Assembly: GCA_041478145.1 (NCBI GenBank)
Contig: JBGOVO010000002.1
Span: forward strand, 1-42,229
Direction of reading: 5' to 3'
DNA length: 42,229 nucleotides
Source of the DNA: Candidatus Methylomirabilia bacterium
GTDB lineage: Bacteria > Methylomirabilota > Methylomirabilia > Rokubacteriales > CSP1-6
Of the stretch, positions 28,301 to 35,463 are shown piece after piece; positions within the stretch are counted from its first letter, which is position 1, and the number at the start of each line of letters is the position of its first letter. The notes under the pieces were generated by a model. It had not been told where the DNA came from, did not search any database, and worked only from the letters and a program-made list of their open reading frames with translations. Position numbers and translations under genes: made by a program.

Positions 28301-29083
28301 TCAGCGGGAGGCGGGTCGCGCCTGCAGCCGGTCGGCGACGGCGGCCAGCACCGCGGCCGCGCTGCCCCGGATGACCAGATCGGCCTGGCCGTCGTGCGGC
28401 GTCTCGGTCAGGTTCACGATGGCGAGCGCCGCGCCGGCGTCCTTGGCGTGCATCGGCACGTAGGCCGCGGGATACACGACGAGGGATGAGCCCACCACGA
28501 TGAAGAGGTCGCTGGCCCGCGCGCGCCGCTCGGCCTCCTCGAGCTCCGCGCGCGGCATGGTCTCGCCGAACATGATGGTGCGCGGCTTGATGATGCCGCC
28601 GCACGGCGGCTCACAGGCGGGCACCGCGACCCCGGCCTCGAGCCACTCCTGGACGCGCTCCCGTTCGTACCGGCGCTCGCACGTGAGGCAGCGCGCGTGG
28701 GTGGCGTTGCCGTGCAGCTCGATCACCCGGTCGGGGGGCAGCCCGGCCCGCTGGTGGAGATTGTCGATGTTCTGGGTGATCACGCAGTCGAGCTTCCCGA
28801 GCCGCCACAGGGTCACCAGCGCATGATGCGCCGGATTGGGCTCGGCGCGACGGATCACTGGAAAAGTCGTCCGACCCAGCTCCCAGTAGCGGCGCCGGCC
28901 GGCCTCGGTCCCCATGAAGTTCTGGAACGTGAACTCGTTGGGATCGAAGCGGTCCCACACTCCACCCGGGCTCCGGAAGTCCGGGATCCCGGACTCGGTG
29001 CTGACCCCGGCGCCCGTGAACGCCACGATCCGGGACGCGGTCGAGACGAGCTCGCCGAGACGCTCGATAGGCGATGCGCTCAC
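28301..29083 (-). CDS. cobB: NAD-dependent protein deacylase, Sir2 family (CobB-like)
   Basis: Contains FTGAGVSTESGIPDFRS, TQNIDNLH, a Zn-ribbon (CLTCERRY...ACEPPCGG) and VVGSSLVVYPAA. GTG start at 29083 overlapping the upstream stop. Confidence 0.9.
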   Translation of the reverse strand: MSASPIERLGELVSTASRIVAFTGAGVSTESGIPDFRSPGGVWDRFDPNEFTFQNFMGTEAGRRRYWELGRTTFPVIRRAEPNPAHHALVTLWRLGKLDCVITQNIDNLHQRAGLPPDRVIELHGNATHARCLTCERRYERERVQEWLEAGVAVPACEPPCGGIIKPRTIMFGETMPRAELEEAERRARASDLFIVVGSSLVVYPAAYVPMHAKDAGAALAIVNLTETPHDGQADLVIRGSAAAVLAAVADRLQARPASR

Positions 29084-29439
29084 CGGCGCCGCTTCCCCTT
29101 TTTTTTCACTGCCTTCTTGGTTCCACGCTTCTTGGCGGCTTTAGCGGCGGGCCGGGGCCGGGCGGCACCCGTGCGCGGCTTGGGCCGGCTGGCCAGGTGG
29201 GCCGCGTTCCGGGTACCGACTCCGCCCCGCACCCTGGCCCCGCTGCCGATGGTCTGGATCCAGACGGTCAGGTCCGCGGCCAGCTCCGGGTAGCAGTGGT
29301 CGCGATAGGTCTCGAGCGCGCGGAGCGCCGCCGGATCCTTCCAGGGCTTGAGCACGAACGGCGCCTCGGGATCGTGCGCGTCGAACGGCGCCTCGCTCGC
29401 CATGGCCATCACGATGTACCGCCGGGTCAGCTCTGGCAT
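29080..29439 (-). CDS. Hypothetical small protein with a Lys/Arg-rich C-terminal tail
   Basis: GAGGAGG RBS 5 nt before the ATG. The N-terminal part looks globular (PFVLKPWKDPAALRALETYRDHCYPELAADLTVWIQTI). The tail is AAKAAKKRGTKKAVKKKGKRRR. I recognise no family. Confidence 0.6.
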   Translation of the reverse strand: MPELTRRYIVMAMASEAPFDAHDPEAPFVLKPWKDPAALRALETYRDHCYPELAADLTVWIQTIGSGARVRGGVGTRNAAHLASRPKPRTGAARPRPAAKAAKKRGTKKAVKKKGKRRR

Positions 29440-29500
29440 GTGGACCTCCTCAGTTCGCGGTGACTGGACCGGAGCGCGGCCCGTCCCGGCTGCCGGGCTC

Positions 29501-30686
29501 TCAGGGCTGGGAGAGGACCGCGACCGCCGAAACGGATCCGGGGCCGCCCAGGTTGTGCGCCAGCCCCATGTCGGCGCCCGGCACCTGCATCTTGCCGGCG
29601 CGCCCGACGAGCTGGTCGTGGATGTTGTTGATCATGCGAATGCCGGAGGAGCCGATCGGGTGGCCGCAAGACTTGAGTCCGCCCGAGGTGTTCACGGGCA
29701 GCGACCCGCCGAGCCGCGTCTCCCCCGCCTTCACCGCCCGCCAGCCCGTCCCCGGCTCGAAGAAGCCCAGGTCCTCGTAGTTGACGATCTCGGTGATCGT
29801 GAAGCAGTCGTGGCACTCCGCCACCTTGATCTGCTTGGCCGGGTTGGTCACGCCCGCCATCTTGTAGGCGACCTTGGCCGCCTCCCGGGTAGCGCGGAAC
29901 GAGGTGAAGTTCCACGACGGGTCGAACTGGGTGTTCCAGTAGCCTTCGGTCACCGCGTAGGAGATGCCGCGGATGACCGCGTAGCGGTCCGTGAACTTCC
30001 GGGCCAGGTCGGCCCGGGTCAGGATGGCCGCGACGGCGCCGTCGGTGGTGGGGCAGCAATCGAAGAGCCCGAGCGGCTCGGCCACTTTGGGCGCCCGCGC
30101 GTGCTGCTCGGGTGATCTCCTTCTGGCAATGCGCCTTCGGGTTGAGCGAACCGTGGTGGTGGTTCTTGAGCGCGACGGCGCCCAGCGCCTCCTCGTCGGC
30201 CCCGTACTCCTTGAAGTAGCGCGAGGCGAGCAGCGCGAACATGCCGGGCGCGGTACGATCCTTGGCGAGCACGGGATGGCCGCGATTGACCGCCTGCGCC
30301 ACCAGCGAGCCCCGGGAGGGCACCTCCCGCATCTTCTCGGCGCCCACCGCCAGGACCACGTCGTACTCGCCGGAGGCCACCGCGAGCGCCGCGCTTCGCA
30401 CCGCCTCGATGCCGGTCGCACAGTAGGCGGCCACGCGCGTCACCGGAATCGGGAACAGGTTGAGCGGATCCGAGACGAAGGTGCCGGAGTTGCCCTCGAA
30501 GCCGTAGAGCATCGGCTCGTAGCAGCCGAGCCACCCCGCCTCCAGCTGGCCGCGCTCGACCCCCGCATCGGCCAGGGCGAGGGTCACCGTCTCGTAGATC
30601 ATGTCGGTGAGGCTCTGGTGGAAGTTCTCGCCGAACTTGATCGTCCCGGTGCCGATGATCGCGACCGCGCCGCCGAGTCCACTCAT
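29501..30686 (-). pseudogene. Thiolase (SCP-x / nonspecific lipid-transfer-type acetyl-CoA acyltransferase) interrupted by a frameshift near 30110-30113
   Basis: The N-terminal part is in one frame (MSGLGGAVAIIGTGTIKFGE...NPKAHCQKEIT). The C-terminal part is in another (EQHARAPKVAEPLGLFDCCPTTDGA...GHPIGSSG...NLGGPG). The total span of 1186 nt equals 395 codons plus 1 nt. The switch falls at a CCC run. Confidence 0.8.
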
Positions 30687-30794
30687 GGCTGCTCCTGTCT
30701 CCAGGCTCGTGAGACCGCCGCTCCCGCGGGAGCCGTCCAAGCGTACTCTGGGGCCGGCCGCAGCCGCAAGTCTCGTGGCAGAATCGGGTCCATC

Positions 30795-31796
30795 ATGCGG
30801 GCGATGCTCCTGCGGGCCCAGGCGTCGATCGGGACCTCGCCGCTGGTGGCGGCCGACGTCGCCACCCCGTCGCCTGGGCCCGGCGAGATCCGGGTGCGCC
30901 TGCGCTGCTGCGCGACCTGCCGGACCGACCTGCACCTGATCGAGGGCGACCTCGCGCCGCGCCGCCTGCCCATCGTGCCCGGCCACCAGGCGGTCGGCAC
31001 GGTGGAGGCGCTCGGGCCGGGCGCCCGCCGCTTCGCGCCCGGCGACCGCGTCGGCATCGCCTGGCTGCGCTCCACCTGCGGGGCCTGCGCCTTTTGCGTC
31101 TCCGGCCGCGAGAACCTCTGCGAGCGCTCCGCCTACACCGGGTGGACGGACGACGGCGGCTACGCCGAGTACTGCTGCGTGCCCGAGGCCTTCGCGTACG
31201 CGATCCCGCCTGCGTTCGCCGACGCCGAGGCCGCTCCCCTGCTCTGCGCGGGCATCATCGGCTACCGCGCGCTGGTCAGGAGCCGCGTCCCGCGCGGCGG
31301 GCGGCTCGCCCTCTACGGGTTCGGCTCCTCGGCCCACATCACCCTGCAGGTCGCCCGCCACTGGGGCTGCACCGTGTACGTCGTCACCCGCGACGCCGCG
31401 CACCGGCGTCTGGCCCTCGGGCTGGGGGCCGCGTGGGCCGGGGGCGCGGGCGACCCGCCGCCGGCCCGGGTGGACTCCGCCATCATCTTCGCGCCCGCCG
31501 GGGAGCTGGTCCCGCTCGCGCTCCGCAACGTGGAGAAGGGCGGCACCGTCGCGCTGGCCGGCATCTACATGAGCGACGTGCCCGCGATGACCTACGAGCC
31601 GCACCTCTTCTGGGAGAAGAGCCTGCAGAGCGTCACCGCGAACACGCGGCGCGACGGCGAGGCGCTGCTGGCCGAGGCCGCGGCCATCCCGATCCGGCCG
31701 CGGGTGACCACCTACGCGCTGGCCGACGCCAACCGCGCGCTGCAGGCCCTGGCCGGGGACCGGGTGCAGGGCACCGCGGTGCTGGTGGTGGAGTGA
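30795..31796 (+). CDS. Zinc-type alcohol dehydrogenase
   Basis: I take the internal ATG at 30795. Contains CATCRTDLH, PGHQAVGTV, the structural Zn Cys cluster CGACAFCVSGRENLC, and LYGFGSSAH. Confidence 0.9.
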   Translation: MRAMLLRAQASIGTSPLVAADVATPSPGPGEIRVRLRCCATCRTDLHLIEGDLAPRRLPIVPGHQAVGTVEALGPGARRFAPGDRVGIAWLRSTCGACAFCVSGRENLCERSAYTGWTDDGGYAEYCCVPEAFAYAIPPAFADAEAAPLLCAGIIGYRALVRSRVPRGGRLALYGFGSSAHITLQVARHWGCTVYVVTRDAAHRRLALGLGAAWAGGAGDPPPARVDSAIIFAPAGELVPLALRNVEKGGTVALAGIYMSDVPAMTYEPHLFWEKSLQSVTANTRRDGEALLAEAAAIPIRPRVTTYALADANRALQALAGDRVQGTAVLVVE

Positions 31797-31799
31797 GCG

Positions 31800-33080
31800 C
31801 TAGCCGAGGCCGAGCAGCCGCGGGACGATCAGGGTGACCCAGGGCACCAGGATCACGATCAGGAGGCCCGCGCACATCATGTAGACGTAGGGCATCATCG
31901 CCCGGGTCGCGCGGTCGCCCGGAATGTTCGCGATGCCGCAGGCGATGAAGAAGCCCACCCCGATCGGCGGCAGGAAGAGCCCGATGCCGGTCGCCGCCAC
32001 CACCACGGTGCTGTAGTGGACCACGTCGATCCCGAGCCGCGTCACCACCGGCATGAAGGTCGGCAGCAGGATCACCACCGCGGGCAGCCCCTCCAGCACC
32101 GCGCCCAGCAGGATGAACAGCAGCGCGGTGAGGACGAGAAAGACGATATTGCCGCCGGGGACGGCCAGCATCGCGCTCAGCAGGAGTTGCGGGATCCGCT
32201 GCACGGCCAGCACCCAGGCCACCACCGCGGCGGTGCCCAGCAGGAAGCACACCGCGGCGGTGACGACGGCGCTGTGGACCAGGATGCGGGGCAGGTCCGC
32301 CCAGCCGATCTCGCGATACACGAAGACGCCAACGATGAAGGCATAGATGACCGCAAGCACCGCCGCCTCGGTGGGCGTCACCACCCCGCCCAGGATGCCC
32401 CCGAAGATGATCGCGGGGAGCCCGAGCGGGATCAGGGCGTCGCTGAACGCGCGGCCGATCGCGCCCCAGGAGGCGCGCTCGCGCGCCTCGATGCCGCTGC
32501 GGCCCGCGTCGTACCAGATGTAGACCATGATGGCCAGGGCCAGCACCACCGCGGGCAGGAAGCCGGCGGCGAACAGGGCGGCCACCGACACGTTGGCGAC
32601 GGAGCCGATCACGATCATCAGGATGCAGGGCGGCACCAGGATACCCATCGCGGAGGCGGCGGAGACCACCGCGACCGCCTGCTCCGGCCGGTAGCCGGCG
32701 CGCAGCATCGGCGGGATCATGGTGGAGCCGATCGCGGACACGTCGGCCACCGTGGAGCCCGAGATCCCCGAGAAGATGTACTCGGCCACGACCACCGCCA
32801 TGGAGAGGCCGCCCCGGATCCAGCCCACCAGTACCTGGGCCAGTCGGACGAGACGGACCGCGATGCCGCCCGTCTCCATCAGCGCGCCGGCGAGAATGAA
32901 GAGCGGGATCGCCAGGAGCACGAAGGAATCGACGCCCTCGAACATCTGCTTCACGATCACGGTGAGCGGATACTGCCCGCTCCACCACAGGCCGACGAAG
33001 CCCGAGACGCCGATGACGAAGGCGACCGGCACGCCCAGCAGCAGCAGGACCACGAAGGACACCGCGATGAGCGGGATCAT
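31800..33080 (-). CDS. dctM: TRAP transporter large permease subunit
   Basis: The internal ATG at 33080 gives a 426-aa polytopic membrane protein (MIPLIAVSFVVLLLLGVPVAF...). It overlaps the dctQ stop by 4 nt. Confidence 0.9.
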   Translation of the reverse strand: MIPLIAVSFVVLLLLGVPVAFVIGVSGFVGLWWSGQYPLTVIVKQMFEGVDSFVLLAIPLFILAGALMETGGIAVRLVRLAQVLVGWIRGGLSMAVVVAEYIFSGISGSTVADVSAIGSTMIPPMLRAGYRPEQAVAVVSAASAMGILVPPCILMIVIGSVANVSVAALFAAGFLPAVVLALAIMVYIWYDAGRSGIEARERASWGAIGRAFSDALIPLGLPAIIFGGILGGVVTPTEAAVLAVIYAFIVGVFVYREIGWADLPRILVHSAVVTAAVCFLLGTAAVVAWVLAVQRIPQLLLSAMLAVPGGNIVFLVLTALLFILLGAVLEGLPAVVILLPTFMPVVTRLGIDVVHYSTVVVAATGIGLFLPPIGVGFFIACGIANIPGDRATRAMMPYVYMMCAGLLIVILVPWVTLIVPRLLGLG

Positions 33081-33553
33081 GCGGAGGCCGACCCGGTCGC
33101 GCCCCGGAACGCGCGCCACAGATGCGGCAGGCTGTACAGAATGATCAGCGCGCCACCCGCGGGAACCGACGCGTAGACGTATTGCTTGGAGAGCCCCATC
33201 ACGGGTGTCCGCTGATACTGCCCGAGCTCCACGAGCTTCCACCCCTGCTGGATCAGGAGGAGGCCGAAGCCCATCAGGATCAGCACGCCCAGCACGTGGG
33301 CGACGCGCCGCGCCCCGGGCGAGAAGCGGTCCACCACGAGGTGGAGGCGAAAGTGGGTGGCGCGCCGGACGCCCACCGCCGCGCCGAGGAACACGATCCA
33401 CACAAAGAGCAGCCGCGCGATCTCGTCGTACCAGGTGAAGGTGCGCGCCATGACGTAGCGCGAGAAGACGCCCAGGAACACGTCCAGGCACAGTACCACC
33501 ATCATCAGGAGGAGCACACCCTCCACCACGTGCGAGGCCGCGCGAAGCAGCAC
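33077..33553 (-). CDS. dctQ: TRAP transporter small permease subunit
   Basis: 158 aa with 4 TM-like segments and a GTG start. It lies between dctP and dctM. Confidence 0.85.
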   Translation of the reverse strand: MLLRAASHVVEGVLLLMMVVLCLDVFLGVFSRYVMARTFTWYDEIARLLFVWIVFLGAAVGVRRATHFRLHLVVDRFSPGARRVAHVLGVLILMGFGLLLIQQGWKLVELGQYQRTPVMGLSKQYVYASVPAGGALIILYSLPHLWRAFRGATGSASA

Positions 33554-33556
33554 GGA

Positions 33557-34558
33557 CTACTTCGCCGCCGCCTGTACTGCCGCCCGCAACCGGGTCATGA
33601 AGTCCTTGCCGACCTGGCCCTCGACGTAGTCGTAGGCCGGCTTCATGAGTGCCTGGAAGGCCCGGATGTCCTTCACCTCGTTGATCTGCACGCCCGCCTT
33701 CTTCATCACCTCGAAGTCGCTCTTCTCCTTCTCGGCCTCGATCTTGCGGTGGACCTGGCAGCCCTCCCGCATCGACTCGTCCACGACCTTCTGGATGTCC
33801 GGCGCGAGCGCCTGGTACTTCTTCAGGTTCATGAACCAGGCGATGGGCGGATAGGAGTGGCGGGTGAGCGAGTAGTACTTGGTCACTTCGTGGAACTTGT
33901 CCGAGGTCAGGGTGAACGACGGCAGCTCCATCCCGTCGATCGTGCCCTGCTTCATGGCGAGGTACACCTCGACATAGGGCATGGGCACCGGGTTGGCCCC
34001 CATCGCCTTCATCATCGCCACGTAGGTGGGCGACTCCTGCACCCGGATGGTCTGCCCCTTCATGTCCTCCGGCGTGGTGATGGCGCGCCGATTCGACATC
34101 ATGTTGGGGAAGCCCCAACCGCCGCCGAGGCAGAAGGCCTTGCGGCTCTTGCCCTCCATCTTCGTGAGCAGCTCCTGGCCGAGCGGCCCGTCCATCACCT
34201 TCCACACCTGCTCGCGGGACGACCAGAGGAAGGGCAGGTCGAGGGCCTGGTACGACGGCTCGAACATGCCGCCCACCGGCGCGCTGCCGATCGCGACCAC
34301 GTCGATGGTGCCCAGCTGCACGCCTTCCAGATGGGCGCCCTCGCCCTTGGCCGGCGCGTTGGCGATATGAACTTCCACCTTGATGCGGCCCTTGCTCCGC
34401 TCGGCCACCTGCTTGGCGAAGATGTCCATGGCGTCGTTCTGCGGGTTGCCGGGCCCGGTCACGGTGCCCGCCTTCCAGACGATCGGAGGCGGCGCGGACG
34501 GAGCCTGCGCGACGGCGACGGATGGCGCGGCCAGAAGGGCGGCCATGCCGACCGCCAC
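33557..34558 (-). CDS. dctP: TRAP transporter substrate-binding protein
   Basis: DctP-family pattern (VQLGTIDVV..., ALDLPFLW, LYKYQAL-like region). The signal peptide lacks a basic n-region, so the true start may be a non-ATG codon up to about 40 nt upstream (after GGAGGAG). Confidence 0.85.
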   Translation of the reverse strand: MAVGMAALLAAPSVAVAQAPSAPPPIVWKAGTVTGPGNPQNDAMDIFAKQVAERSKGRIKVEVHIANAPAKGEGAHLEGVQLGTIDVVAIGSAPVGGMFEPSYQALDLPFLWSSREQVWKVMDGPLGQELLTKMEGKSRKAFCLGGGWGFPNMMSNRRAITTPEDMKGQTIRVQESPTYVAMMKAMGANPVPMPYVEVYLAMKQGTIDGMELPSFTLTSDKFHEVTKYYSLTRHSYPPIAWFMNLKKYQALAPDIQKVVDESMREGCQVHRKIEAEKEKSDFEVMKKAGVQINEVKDIRAFQALMKPAYDYVEGQVGKDFMTRLRAAVQAAAK

Positions 34559-34775
34559 GACGAGGGCCAGGCAACGATACAGGGTCAGTTCTCCTCCGAG
34601 TCGGGTGGGTACCGCGCGGTGAGCGGTCGCGTCATCGAGAGCCGGCCCTTGTGTAGCATGCCGGGTCCCGGGGGGTCAAGGCGCGGAGGCACTGGACTTC
34701 GCCGCCGCGTGGGGGCAGGCTGGGGCCACCGTCGGCCGGGGCCGAAGACCGGGACGCGCCACGAGGAGGAGCACG

Positions 34776-35315
34776 ATGCGGGAGCCGTCTCTCGATGGGC
34801 TGCACGGACGCCTGGAGCGCCTCGAGCGGGAGCTCGCCTGGTGGCGCCGCATCGGTGTCGCCGCGCTCGCATGCGCGGGGCTTTTCGGCGCGGTCGCCGC
34901 CACCGTCACCACCAATCCGGACGAGGTGAAGACGCGCCGGCTCGTGATCACCGATGGCGACGGGCGGGGCCGCGCCATCTTCACGGTCGACGAGCGCGAT
35001 CGCACGCGCCTGTCGCTCACGGACCGGGACGGCGCCACCAGCGCCGACCTCACGGTGACCCCGGGCCAGTCGGCGGCGCTGTCGGTCGTCCGCGCCGGCG
35101 CGCAGGCGCAGCTCGCGGCCTCGGGCGACAGCGGCCAGCTCTCCGTGGGCGCGCGGGGCCAGCAGGGCTGGCTGGTCGCGGCGCCGAGTGGTGCGAGCCT
35201 CGGGCTCGGCAGCGATCCGGGACGGCCGCAGGCCTCGCTCGCCACCGGCCCCGGGCAGAGCCCGAGCCTGCAGCTCTCGGATCGCGACGGCCGCGCGGTC
35301 TGGAAGGCGCCGTAG
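34776..35315 (+). CDS. Hypothetical single-pass membrane protein with an internal L-x-L-x-D-x-D-G beta-repeat
   Basis: AGGAGGAG RBS. N-terminal coiled-coil (LHGRLERLERELAWWRR), then a TM segment (IGVAALACAGLFGAVAATV). Repeats follow: RRLVITDGDGRGRAIF, TRLSLTDRDGATSADL and PSLQLSDRDGRAVW. Confidence 0.55.
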   Translation: MREPSLDGLHGRLERLERELAWWRRIGVAALACAGLFGAVAATVTTNPDEVKTRRLVITDGDGRGRAIFTVDERDRTRLSLTDRDGATSADLTVTPGQSAALSVVRAGAQAQLAASGDSGQLSVGARGQQGWLVAAPSGASLGLGSDPGRPQASLATGPGQSPSLQLSDRDGRAVWKAP

Positions 35316-35419
35316 ACGAAAATCGTCGGCCCCTTCGACAATTTGTAAGCCTCGCGTCGCCGCCGGTTCCCGCGGCATCCGGAGGCCCGCCATATCAGCC
35401 GTTTAGCCCCTCCACCCCG

Positions 35420-35434
35420 TGGCACCGCTCTTGC
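35420..35434 (+). promoter_or_regulatory. Sigma-54 (-24/-12) promoter TGGCAC-CGCTC-TTGC
   Basis: Perfect consensus read directly from the sequence. The GGAG RBS is at 35452-35455 and the ATG at 35464, about 30 nt downstream of the -12 element. Confidence 0.7.
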
Positions 35435-35463
35435 TCGATTTCTCACCGCCTGGAGCCCTCCGA

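Noticed and set aside
28301-29083. Sir2 domain as part of an anti-phage system (Thoeris, DSR or SIR2-HerA type).
   Set aside because: The protein is a compact CobB-type sirtuin with the Zn-ribbon cysteines and standard NAD-binding motifs. It has no fused or neighbouring TIR, SLOG, HerA or pAgo-like gene, and it sits in a metabolic operon.
34687-34702. Sigma-54-like sequence AGGCAC-TGGAC-TTCGC upstream of the hypothetical gene at 34776.
   Set aside because: The -12 element reads TTCG instead of TTGC, so the invariant GC is displaced by one position. It is not convincing without experimental support.
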